This document shows, piece after piece, positions 12,956 to 25,600 of a stretch of DNA of 64,000 bases. Below the pieces are notes generated by a model, which did not search any database, was not told where the DNA came from, and saw nothing but the letters and a program-made list of their open reading frames with translations. Made by a program: the position numbers and the translations under genes. Origin of the DNA: Macrostomum hystrix (taxonomy: Eukaryota; Animalia; Platyhelminthes); contig CATNEN010000038.1 in assembly GCA_950097015.1 (NCBI GenBank), positions 2,418,001 through 2,482,000 on the forward strand, read 5' to 3'. Each line of letters begins with the position of its first letter. Position 1 is the stretch's first letter.

Positions 12956-14025
12956 ATTCAAGCTAAAATCCATATTAAGGATTAGGTAAGGAAGGTAATA
13001 AGGCCTAATGGCAATGTATATATATACAAGACTACAGTGTGCCACTTTGTATACAATATATATAGTTTACTCGCTCATTTTTAGAAGATCGCAATGACAC
13101 ACACATTAAATAGATGAAGAATGAGGATAGCAGTCTGACATTGGCAACTAAATACTAGAAGTGCTTCTCGAGTGACAAGTGACAAGACTAGTTATTTTAG
13201 ATAACTAACTTTACTTTCTAGTTTTAAATAAGCGTTAAGAATGATTCTACGAAAAAGCGCAATTAAACTTTAAAAGGAACAATAAAATTAATGCAATACA
13301 AGTTAACACTAAGCACCTTAAAGATTTTTAATCATTTATGTTTTAAAGCATAAACTATAACTTTCTAGTTTTCAGTTTGAAATTTTTTTTCAAACTTCAA
13401 AAATATACTATTTATCTCCCTCTCTGTACAGGCACGCTAATTACTATTTGATGTATCTATTTGTTTTGTTGTGGGTGGGTTCGTTGCAGCTAAAAAGATA
13501 GATCTGTTGCAGCTAAGTTATACAAATTTTACTGCAAGTGTCAGATTTTTTTTATTTTATTTTTGAAATATAAAAACGAACGTACAAATTTGTACTTAAC
13601 AGTGAGGCAATGACAAATGACCTGAACTGTTGGCTATATACATATAACCTATGTACATAAGGTGAAGGCTTTTAGATACTGATCAACCTTTCCTTTATAT
13701 AGACCTTGTCTGACATTCGAAATAGCTATTTTTATATTCTTCGTGGATTAAAAAGAAACATTTATTTACATAACGCGCGCACCGCTTATTGACTTCGATA
13801 GGCCCTAGGTACGATAAAGAGCTGCTATCTTGAAAGAGTTATCAGTTTCTGAAGCTACATGCAGATAACAGAATCACTGTATACTTTTTTGCATACTAAC
13901 TAGTCCATATAACTACGAGCAACTTATAAATTTTGTTCTATCTTAGACTGTGTATAGCTAAATATTCACTAATCCAAGCACGTGCTGTAAAAGGCTTGTT
14001 AAAAAATCTGCGAAAGGCTCGTAAA

Positions 14026-15747
14026 ATGTCCTGCAACGAAGAAGCCGATTATTCGGACAAGATTTCATTCGAGAAAGTCGCTGCGGCGGCTGATCGCCTG
14101 CGCGGTCGCCTGCACAGAACTCCCGTCATGACTAGCCGGGCCCTGGACGCCTTGGCGGCTGAGTCTACGCAGCATCAAGCGACGCGTCAGCTATACTTCA
14201 AATGCGAGCACCTGCAACGAACTGGCAGCTTCAAGGCGCGCGGCGCGCTTAACGCAGTACTCTGCCTGCTGGAGGAGGCCCGGGAGACTGGCCGGAGTCC
14301 GCCAGCCGGGGTGGTCACTCATAGCAGCGGAAATCACGGACAGGTTGGATTGCACTGCATGGGATCTATTCTGCATAGATAAATAACGAAATATTTATCA
14401 CTGACTTCACCCGGTCCTGAACTGCTACTCCACCCGGTCCATGAACGGCTAGTTCACCCGGTCCACGAGCTGCAACTATACACCAAGCCCATGAGTTGCT
14501 AATACTCCCATTGTATGGGCTGGTACTCCACCCAGTCCATGAGCTGCTGCTCGACGCGTTTTATGGGCTGCTACATCTACCCGGTCGATGCAGTGGCATA
14601 GCCAGGCTTTCTTGAGTGCCGAATGATAGATTCGCCTACCTATTGATTCGGCAGGTGTTGGTCAGTTAATGGCTTTCAAGGCTGTCCTTCTTGCTAGCCC
14701 ACATTAGACGCAAATTGGTTCTTTTTTGGCCCTTATAAATCAAAATTCTTAATTCTTCAGTCTTCTTTTGTATTCTCAGGCCCTGGCCTGGGCAGCGCGC
14801 CAATGCGGCTTGTCATGCTGCGTGGTGGTGCCTGAAGGCACGTCTCCAGCCAAGACGTCTGCGATTCGAGCCTACGGCGCCGAGCTCATTGTCTGCGCGC
14901 CAAATATGCGCGCCAGGCGCGAGACCTGCGCAGCGCTAGGCGAAGAGCGCGGCTTCGTCACTGTGCCACCGTTCGATGACTATCGAGTGATGGCTGGGCA
15001 GGGCACCATTGCTCTAGAGCTGCTGGAGCAGGTGCCTCAGCTGGACGCTGTGCTGGTGAGGGGCCAATGTCTGCCAGCACGAAAACAATGTTCAGATTTG
15101 CAATGTGGGCAGGAGAATCATTCACGAGATTGATCAGTCACAAAATTCAGTAAAGGAGAATTTAGCATTAGTAGTGCTTATCTACATTACTTTTCTGTTT
15201 ACAGGTGCCAATCAGCGGAGGCGGCCTGAGCAGCGGTATCGCCGTCGCCTGTCGACACCTAAAGCCGGAGCTTCGAGTGCATTGCGTGGAGCCAAGCGGC
15301 AAAGGCCTCGCTGACAGTCTGGCTGCCCGTCAGCGGCTCTGGGAAAATCCAGATGCATTCCTGAGGACAATCGCTGACGGCTTGCGGCTTCAGTCGGCGG
15401 GCGAGCTGACCTTTCCGGTGTTGCGCGACCTGGCCCAACCTGTTGTGCTATCCGTCATGGACGAAGAAATGGCTCTAGGCTGTCGTTTGGCGTTTCGCTA
15501 TCTGAAGCAGGTTCGTCTTGTTGCAATTCTAACAAAAACAAAACAATTTCATACTACTATATTTCAATCGTAAAAAAAACATTTTTTTCAGGTGATTGAG
15601 CCAGCAAGTGCCGCAGCGCTTCACGCCGCAGTCTTCGCCTCTATCGATCGCCTCCCGGCGGATGTGCGCCACATCGGCGTGGTGCTCACGGGGGGTAATC
15701 TGGACCCAGACGGCCTGCCTGCGCTGTTGTCGATGGGAGGCAAATGA
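14026..15747 (+). CDS. SRR: Serine racemase (PLP fold type II), 4 exons
   Basis: Exons 14026-14343, 14780-15055, 15205-15510, 15592-15747, all phase 0. Motifs LYFKCEHLQRTGSFKARGA (PLP lysine), VVTHSSGNHGQA, MAGQGT, PISGGGLSSG, TIADGL, IEPASA, TGGNLD. Confidence 0.9.
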
Positions 15748-15811
15748 TTATTAATGAGCTCAAACCGGTAATGTAGTGAGGAACTGAGCACTCCGTGCCA
15801 CGAAGTGTTCG

Positions 15812-16055
15812 ATTGTTACCCGTGGGGTGAGGTTGTTGCCGCGGAGTGAGGTTCTTACCCGGGGGGTGAGGTTGTTGCCGCGGAGTGAGGTTGTTACCCG
15901 GGGGGTGAGGTTGTTGCCGCGGAGTGAGGTTGTTACCCTTGGGGGGTTGTTGCCGCGGAGTGAGGTTGTTACCCTTGGGGGGTTGTTGCCGCGGAGTGAG
16001 GTTGTTGCCGCGGAGTGAGTTTGTTGCCGCGGGGTGAGGTTGTTGCCGCGGAGTG
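15812..16055. repeat. ~19-bp minisatellite (gttgttgccgcggagtgag)
   Basis: Tandem degenerate array downstream of SRR. Confidence 0.9.
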
Positions 16056-16636
16056 TGATTTTTGCATGGAGTCGGGCGGGTGCCGCAATTTAAAAGTATG
16101 AATAGTAGTAGTATTTTTCCACTTAAACGCATTGTCTGATTCTGATTCGCATCCTTTTTGGAAGGCTAGATAAGCTTGATTGATATTCGTGAAAAAAGTT
16201 ATACTTCGTAAAAAGGACAAAAAACTTAACAGTTTAGATGTTCTGATTATTTCGCTGCGTCGGTTTTATTTATCAGAAATATGCTACCTTGTTATTAATT
16301 TACATTTTTCATATCTGTGCGTTCTTAATTTTAAATTTAAACAGCAGTAAAAAATACTTTTAAAATAAAAGTGGGCTCCATTTTTAGCAGTTGTTTTTTC
16401 TAAGAATGCTCATCCAACTTCAGTTTTAGCAGCTAAAAAATGAATCTTTGGACGGAAAAGCGAGACAGAAGAAAGAACAGAACTATAATTTAGCTTATTG
16501 ATTTAAAAATTACTGCTCTCCAGAAAAAGTGGATTAGCGCTCACAAATTGTTTGTTTTAATAAAATCAAAGATTTCCGCTGCAGACGAGTTGTAAACAGA
16601 CAGGCGCAACACGTTGCCCAGCTTGCCCAGCCCTTA

Positions 16637-19600
16637 CTAGGCGAAAAAGCCCCACACGAATAGGCAGACCGTGACAATGACCAGAGCGTTGATGTCAACA
16701 ATGCGCTTCTGCCTCGGGTTCTCGTCTAGCGATACGGCCTCCTTCTCTAGCCTGGCCAGCTCCTCGACGTCAATGAGCGCGGACGGGTCCTCCTCCTGGT
16801 CCTCGATACCGCAGATCCATTTGCCGATTTTAACATACCAGGGAGGAGGCACTGAAGATGATTGAAGGATATATGGTTTTGGAGGTAATTGATAAACTTG
16901 GGCCGAGGGCGTCCCCCATAGACATTAATGATCGATAAAACCGACCCTCCAGGGACGGCACAAAGGCCGCAGTCTCCGGAAAACACACCTAATAAGGGCC
17001 GGAGTCGTCGTTTTGTCTATGGCCCATCACAGTCATAATGGAAAGTAAATAGAGGAATGCAGATAACCCATTTTTGTCTTAGCTCGCTCTAGTCTGCTTC
17101 TAAAATATGTCTATGGCCCAAGCACTGTGGCCTAGAGCAAACCTTTCAAGCAAAGCAACCCTGCACCTGTAATATAGCCACATCACATTTTATCACAGTG
17201 GCTAGCCCCAAGTCGATAAATACAAACCTGAATCGCTACCCCAGCTGATACATTTTGCAGCTCGGTTAACTAGCACCTGAGAATTAACTGTCTTGCTCAA
17301 GGACAAAAGCGGTTTCATCAGGCCGGAGATTCGAACCCAAGAGCTTTAGATTATGACTTAGAAAGTTCTAGTAAAAGTATGTTTAGAATGCATTTTTCAA
17401 GATATAGAATACGTACGCAACGGAAGGGCAAGATGTCGTGCTTGGATCTCGAGTTCGGTGTGGGACATGAGGGTGACAGAGCAGCGAGTTAGACCAGTAA
17501 GGTAGCCAGGAATTTTGCTAGGGGGTTCGCGCTTTTTGGGGGGCGCCACTACCACACGGGGGCGCCACTACCACACGGGGGCGCCACTACCACACGGGGG
17601 CGCCACTACCACACGGGGGCGCCACTACCACACGGGGGCGCCACTACCACACGGGGGCGCCACTACCACACGGGGGCGCCACTACCACACGGGGGCGCCA
17701 CTACCACACGGGGGCGCCACTACCACACGGGGGCGCCACTACCACACGGGGGCGCCACTACCACACGGGGGCGCCACTACCACACGGGGACGCCACTACC
17801 ACACGGGGGCGCCACTACCACACGGGGGCGCCACTACCACACGGGGACGCCACTACCACACGGGGACGCCACTACCACACGGGGGCGCCACTACCACACG
17901 GGGGCGCCACTACCACACGGGGGCGCCACATAGTTTCGTCAGGTGATTAGGGCGGCCTCGGTCCCCCTTGCCCCCGCCCCTGGCAACGCCCCTGAGTTAG
18001 ACCCCACAATACCCGGCCTGCGAGCAAGCAATAGCGGGGCCGCATTTACCAGTCGCTGCCACTTCAATCTCTGTCTTCTCCAAACCGGCTTCCGATTCCT
18101 TCTCCAGCGCCTTTGTAGAGCCGTAGAAGCCGTGATTGTCACTGCCGTTATTCTCCGGAGCCTCGGAGCGGCGCCTGCAGGAGCAATTGACATCGTCCTC
18201 GGGCATTTCGATTCGCTCCAGAGTTGAAAAGCGATCCCAGAAGGTCAGCCGGTGAAGCTGGAATGTTCAGGCGAGTGGTTGACCTCAGTGGAGAGAGAAT
18301 TGGAACGAGTCTAAATAACACAAGGATTGACTGCTGAAACTCACATAAATGTCCGGTATGGGTTCAGTGAGCAGCGACACTCCAACAATCACAATCAGGC
18401 TAATAAAGAACAGCAGGATGCCAAAATGCAGGTAGTGCATCTTGCTGATCACATCCGGAATAGTGCTCAGGTAGGACTGGTGACAGGGATAGTTGGGATA
18501 AGAGTACTCAACAATGAACCGAATCATGCCGACAACGAAACCGACGATTAGCCCGCAGAATGCGCCCTGCGAGGAAAATAATTAGTTCAATCAATATTCA
18601 TGCGATTTGAGCCATGTTTCTGGTGCGATTGGAGCCATGTTTCTGGTGCGATTGGAGCCATGTTAATGTGCGATTGGAGCCATGTTTCTGGTGCGATTTG
18701 AGCCATGTTTCTGGTGCGATTGGAGCCATGTTAATGTGCGATTGGAGCCATGTTTCTGGTGCGATTTGAGCCATGTTTCTGGTGCGATTGGAGCCATGTT
18801 TCTGGTGCGATTGGAGCCATGTTTCTGGTGCGATTTGAGCCATGTTTCTGGTGCGATTGGAGCCATGTTTCTGGTGCGATTGGAGCCATGTTTCTGGTGC
18901 GATTGGAGCCATGTTTCTGGTGCGATTTGAGCCATGTTTCTGGTGCGATTTGAGCCATGTTTCTGGTGCGATTTGAGCCATGTTTCTGGTGCGATTGGAG
19001 CCATGTTTCTGGTGCGATTTGAGCCATGTTTCTGGTGCGATTTGAGCCATGTTTCTGGTGCGATTGGAGCCATGTTTCTGGTGCGATTTGAGCCATGTTT
19101 CTGGTGCGATTCTATCTATGGTTTCTGGGGCGATTAAAGCCATGTTTCTGGTGCGATTCTAGCTATGGTTTCAGGTGCGATTCTAGCTATGGTTTCTGGT
19201 GCGATTCTAGCAATGGTTTCCGGTGCGATTCTAGCTATGGTTTCTGGTGCGATTCTAGCTATGGTTTCTGGTGCGATTCTAGCTATGGTTTCTGGTGCGA
19301 TTCTAGCTATGGTTTCTGGTGCGATTCTAGCTATGGTTTCTGGTGCGATTCTAGCTATGGTTTCTGGTGCGATTCTAGCTATGGTTTCTGGTGCGATTCT
19401 AGCTATGGTTTCTGGTGCGATTCTAGCTATGGTTTCTGGTGCGATTCGAGCTATGGTTTCTGGTGCGATTCTAGCTATGGTTTCTGGTGCGATTCTAGCT
19501 ATGGTTTCTGGTGCGATTCTAGCTATGGTTTCTGGTGCGATTCGAGCTATGGTTTCTGGTGCGATTCTAGCTATGGTTTCTGGTGCGATTCTAGCTATGG

Positions 19601-22600
19601 TTTCTGGTGCGATTCTAGCTATGGTTTCTGGTGGGATTCGACCAGCTACGACCTAGAAAGAAGATAATCGATATTATTCTATTCTCACCTTCTCGTTGCA
19701 TCGCTTCCACAGCACGGCGCACAAGTACACGGCGCAGACAGGAGGCGACAGGTAGCTGGTGACGGCCTGGATGTAGTGGAACAGCTCCGCTCCCGACTTG
19801 ACGATTGGAATCCAGGCCACTCCTATGGCCACCATGCCGAGAACAAACACGCTGCGTGAGACAAAAGTGATGGAAATTCTTACGTGTCAGGTATCGTGTC
19901 AGTGACTGGGTCACGTGATGAGGCACTCACCGTCCAACAATCATGAGCTCCATGTCCGGGGCGTTGTTTCGAATTCTCTTCCAGATGTCTATGGTGAAAA
20001 TGGTCGAAGCCGAGTTGAAAATTGAAGTGAGCGAAGACACTAATGACGAGATCATGACGGCCATCATTAAACCGCGAGGTCCGTCGCCGAGAAGGTTCAA
20101 AACCAGGGTCGGGTAGGCGAGGTCGGTACAGCCACTCTCCTTGTCACAGGCCCGCTTGCAGTTGACCGGATCCGAACAGCCGACAGTGTCTGCGAGATTG
20201 ACAGAATGCGATTGGTTGTGACATAACGCGATTGGTTGCGACAGAATGCGATTGGTTGTGACAGAATCCGATTGGTTGTGACAGAATGCGATTGGTGTGA
20301 CTGAATGCGATTGGTTGGGGCAGAATGCGATTAGTTGTGACAGAATGCGATTGGTTGGGGCAGAATGTGATTGGTTGTGACAGATTGCGATCGGTTGTGT
20401 CCGCAGATTAATGCTGACAGCTAGCTCACCTGGAAACAAGACTCTCGAGATCATTCCGGGAAACACCAGCAGCCACATCGGCAGCAGCTTGAGGTATCCG
20501 GCCAGCAGGGTGCCCGCCTTGGCGTAGGTGAAGTTCTTGGCAGCCAGAGCTCGTTGAACAATGACCTGAGATTGATGGCAGGAATGTACTGTAGTAGTGA
20601 TGATGGAATCCAGACCAAGTAGGTCAGCAGTAAAATCGCATCGCATACCTGGTCGCTGCACCAGTACCAGATTGAGTTCACGGCTAGGCCGAGAGTGACT
20701 CCCAGCCATGGCAGCTGATCGTCATCGATTGGCTTCATCAGGTTCATCGAGGTCTTCGGCACGATGCCGCAGGACGAGTTCGAGGTGAGGACGTCCTTGG
20801 CCAGGCGAACGGGGAACTGGTCCACCATGGCTTCGTAGCCTCCAACCTGGATGAAGCCTGAAATGGCGGGACATTGTGGATCATCCGGTCTATTCTGTAC
20901 ATTCTGAAGGCCTATCGTCAAATCAACGGTGATTGGCTGACATTTTGTGTAAATTCTTAAAGCCTATCGTCATATCAATGTTGATTGGCTGACATGGCAT
21001 GCACATATCAAATTTCGAGTGATTGGCAGATTCTGCGTGTACATTGTCTAGGCTTTCATCCATAAAAATTCGGCACAAGGCAGGATTCATTCTTGGATTC
21101 TTAACAGATTCATTAATTCTTGGATACATAACTATGTTTCCTAATTAGATTGCCAATGCATCAGCAGTGACCGCTGCAGCCAGCACAACCGCACTTTACT
21201 TTTTGGAAAATAATGTTTTGCTAACTTATAGAAAAGTTTCTTATTAAAATAATTTAGAATTGCAAATGTGCCTGGCTATAGATATTAACGAGACAGTTCA
21301 GGCAGGCCAGGCAAATCATTTCGCAGTCGCATGCGGCAGTTGTCAGGCTTCAGTAACATATATACAATGTTCATACATGTATAAGCTGAAATATCTCATA
21401 ATCAAGTAGTAACCTCACATTCCACTCAAATGAATATAAATATTAGAATTCGACAACAAGCATTTCTGCCTTGTCTTGCGTTTCAACAAGCAGCTGTATA
21501 AATTTCAGCAGCACGTGTGCTCGAAATACGAAAGTTTAATAACATTTTTTTCTTTTTCTTCTCAAACTTTGGGAAGAATTCCCCGAGGTGGAATTCGCTT
21601 ATCTGGATTCCCGGTTGGGGATTTCCCTGAGGTGGAATTCGCTTATCTGGATTCCCGGTTGGAGATTTCCCTGAGGTGGAATTCGCTTATCTGGATTCCC
21701 GGTTGGGGATTTCCCTGAGGTGGAATTCGCTTATCTGGATTCCCTGGTTGGAGATTTCCCTGAGGTGGAATTCGCTTATCTGGATTCCCGGTTGGGGATT
21801 TCCCTTTGGTGGAATTCGCTTATCTGGATTCCCGGTTGGGGATTTCCCTGAGGTGGAATTCGCTTATCTGGATTCCCCGGTTGGAGATTTCCCTGAGGTG
21901 GAATTCGCTTATCTGGATTCCCCGGTTGGAGATTTCCCTGAGGTGGAATTCGCTTATCTGGATTCCCGGTTGGGGATTTCCCTGAGGTGGAATTCGCTTA
22001 TCTGGATTTCCCGGTTGGGGATTTCCCTGAGGTGGAATTCGCTTATCTGGATTCCCCGGTTAGAGATTTCCCTGAGGTGGAATTACCATAGACTAGAGCT
22101 CTCACAATATACAAAATATCCTTAGCATATATCCTCTATGCTGATTCAGGAGAACAGGACTCACCGGCGATCATGAGCCAGACGGCGCCGATGACCATGA
22201 TGATGGTCTGGATGAAATCGGTCCAGATCACGGCAGTCAGGCCGCCCAGAATGGTGAATAGAGCGGCGATGGCCAGCAGGATGATGACGGCAACGTACAG
22301 GTCGAACTGAAGAGACTGCTCAATGAACACTGCTCCAGCGTACAAGTCGGCCTTAAAAGTGAAAAATCGGGACACCCTTGAATCGGAATCCCCAGAATCG
22401 AAATCCCCCAGAATCAGGACATGATTAAATCGGGACACCCTTGATTCAGAATCCCTACAACCGGAATATCCCAGAATTAGAAATCCTAATCCCCAGAATC
22501 GGAATCCCCAGAATTGGAATATCCTAGAATGAAGACCCCTTGAATCGGCATCCCCAGAATCGGGGCAACCTTGAATCGGGATAGCCCAGAATCGGGATAC

Positions 22601-25600
22601 CCCAGAATCGGGATAGCCCAGAATCGGGATACCCCAGAATCGGGACACCCCAGAATCGGGACACCCCAGAATCGGGATAGTCCAGAATCGGGATACCCCA
22701 GAATCGGGATACCCCAGAATCGGGACAGCCCAGAATCGGGATACCCCAGAATCGGGACACCCCAGAATCGGGATACCCCAGAATCGGGATAACCCCAGAA
22801 TCGGGACACCCCAGAATCGGGATACCCCAGAATCGGGATAACCCCAGAATCGGGACACCCCAGAATCGGGACAGCCCAGATTCGGGACAGCCCAGAATCG
22901 GGATACCCCAGAATCGGGATACCCCAGAATCGGGACAGCCCAGAATCGGGATACCCCAGAATCGGGATAACCCCAGAATCGGGACACCCCAGAATCGGGA
23001 CACCCCAGAATCGGGACAGCCCAGAATCGGGGCAACCTTGAATCGGGACACCCCAGAATCGGGACACCCCAGAATCGGGACACCCCAGAATCGGGACAGC
23101 CCAGAATCGGGACACCCCAGAATCGGGACACCCCATAATCGGGACAGCCCAGATTCGGGGCAACCTTGAATCGGGACAGCCCCAGAATCGGGACAGCCCA
23201 GAATCGGGATAGCCCAGAATTGGAATCCCCAAAATTTGAATTGCTCAGAATCGAGACGCACTACAGTTTCATTTAGTGCAAATGAATTTTCGTTTCTGAG
23301 AAAAAAACCACGCATAAGCACTATTTAATCATTTTTAACGATATCTTTCAAATCCAAAACAGTAGCGACACAGGCCAACAGACGGCACTGGAGCTACAAA
23401 AAATAAACAAAGCGGCGAATTTCGGTCGCCATAGAAACAGAATGTTGAACGAAAGTAAATAGAGAAAGGAAAGAAGAAATTCTGCACAGGTGAACAAATT
23501 GTGGGCGATGAAATTTGATCTGCGCACAAAGTAACGCAGGTAAAGGTGATTTTAATTTTCCAATTACAGACAAAATGATTCGCAGTTCTGAAGATGAATG
23601 TCTGAAGTTCACTGAATAACTAGACTTCGGGGACCAGGATTTCGATGAATATTAATGAATATCCGTCAGCAAGTATCGCTGGAAACTGCCAGACTAAATT
23701 AGCCTAAATTATTTCGGCTAAAGCGCAAATGCAAAAACGAATGCCAAAACGAATCCTCTATTCAACTTTCTTCCGGTTTTTGCAACTTGAGAGACACTTG
23801 ACTTTGAATTTCCCGCTTTGGGATTGCCAGGCCACTTGGGATTCCCTTTTCGGATTCGCTCTATGGGATTTCACTTTAATGGAATTCCCTCTATGAAATT
23901 CCTATTTGGAAATTCCCATGAACTTAGAATTCTTCTTAGATTGAATCCTCTACTTTGTGATTCACAAACTTAGGCATTAACCCGAAATGAAATTAATACT
24001 CTACAATGGATTCCCTATTAAGGATTTCCTTACCTTTTAGGATTCCTAACTTGTGATTCCCTATTTGGATTTCCTCTATGGGATTTCCCTTTTATGGAAC
24101 TCCCCATATGGGGATTCCAAACTATGAATTTCCGATATGGGATTTCCCTAAAAATTTAATTTCGTATAAATGGATTTCCAACTTGGAATCCCCTCTATGG
24201 GATTTGCCTAAAATGGTATTCCCCTGTATAGGAATTCCGAACTTAGAGTTCTCCTGAGATTAAATCCTCTACTTTAAGATTCACAAACTTGGACATTATT
24301 GCGAAATGAATTCTCTACAGCGGATTCCCCATCCGTTGGGATTTTCTCAACTTTTAGGATTCCTAACAATTAACATTTTAGCGAAAAAAGTGCAACAGCG
24401 GACTCACCGAAACTTTGGTGAAGATGTAGAGAATGAGGGTCAGGCAGGACAGGTAGATCCGAATCCTCTGGCCGCCGAATCTTTTGCGAAGATACTCTGG
24501 CATTGTGAACACCTGGGCGGCAATGTGAGACTAAACTGAACTAAACTGAATGGACTTTCAATGCTTTTTTTAAACTACTAATAGACACCACTAATAATCT
24601 GTAGAAAATAAGATTAAGACCTGTTCGACACTAAACATAATCTGTTCAACACTAAACTAAAGACTGTTAGACACGGAGCCTCTATGATCCTCAACAGCAG
24701 CCACCGTGAGCAGCATCACGGCCATACCCCTGAGGAGATGTAGACTGGCACAAAGACCCAGCCCAGCAGCACCAGGACGAGGATGGCGCTGAATTCGAAC
24801 ACGGCAATGCCGATGCCGCCAGCAGCTCCGGAGCCGGCCAGACCGATGAAGTGCCCGGAGCCGATATTGCTGGCAAACAGAGAGGCGCCAACCTGCGGGT
24901 AAGGTGGGACACGAAATTTCTGCGAGTTGGAATGGGATTTTAACTGATGATTTTGAGCCCTGGAGCATCATTTATTGACTGCAACCAGAGAGGATGCAAT
25001 TCTGCACATTTCGCTGACTCCTGAGCACACGCGCACACAGATAATGTGCACATGTACACACTCGCACTGATGTGTACGTCTGCCCTGACTTTATTATCGT
25101 TCCGCTGTTGATATGACGATAAGTCGTTATAATGTACACACTGTCAGCCAATCAACGTTAATGTGATGATTGGCCTTAAGAATACACACACAATTGTCAG
25201 CCAATCAGCGTTGATATGACGGTTGGCCTTGAGAATGTACACACAATGTCAGCCAATCCCCATTTATGTGACGATTAGCCTTGAGAATGTCCACACACTG
25301 CATTCAGCCAATCAGCGTTGATATGACGATAAGCCTTGAATCGGGAGTTGACCCTTGTCAGACCCCAACTTAAAAGGGTGTGTTGGAAGGTTGCAAAATT
25401 GTTTTCATGTGAGCAGCAGCAGAGAAACGGTGAAAACTTTACTGTCATTGCACAGTTCGAGTGCGGGAAAGTACCTCTTATGCGGGCATTATCGCACACA
25501 ATCTCCTGTGCCAAATGTGAGCTGTTTGGGCTTCTAGAAGCAATAATTGACGACGACTCAAGAACTTACTCGCTCAAAGCTCAACTGAGCTGCAAAAGTA

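Noticed and set aside
16915-17115. catagac...gtctatg inverted ends as a MITE
   Set aside because: No matching target-site duplication could be found.
22136-23321. 331, 248 and 265-aa minus-strand ORFs
   Set aside because: Only 22351-22165 is a real SLC5A exon; the rest is satellite read-through.
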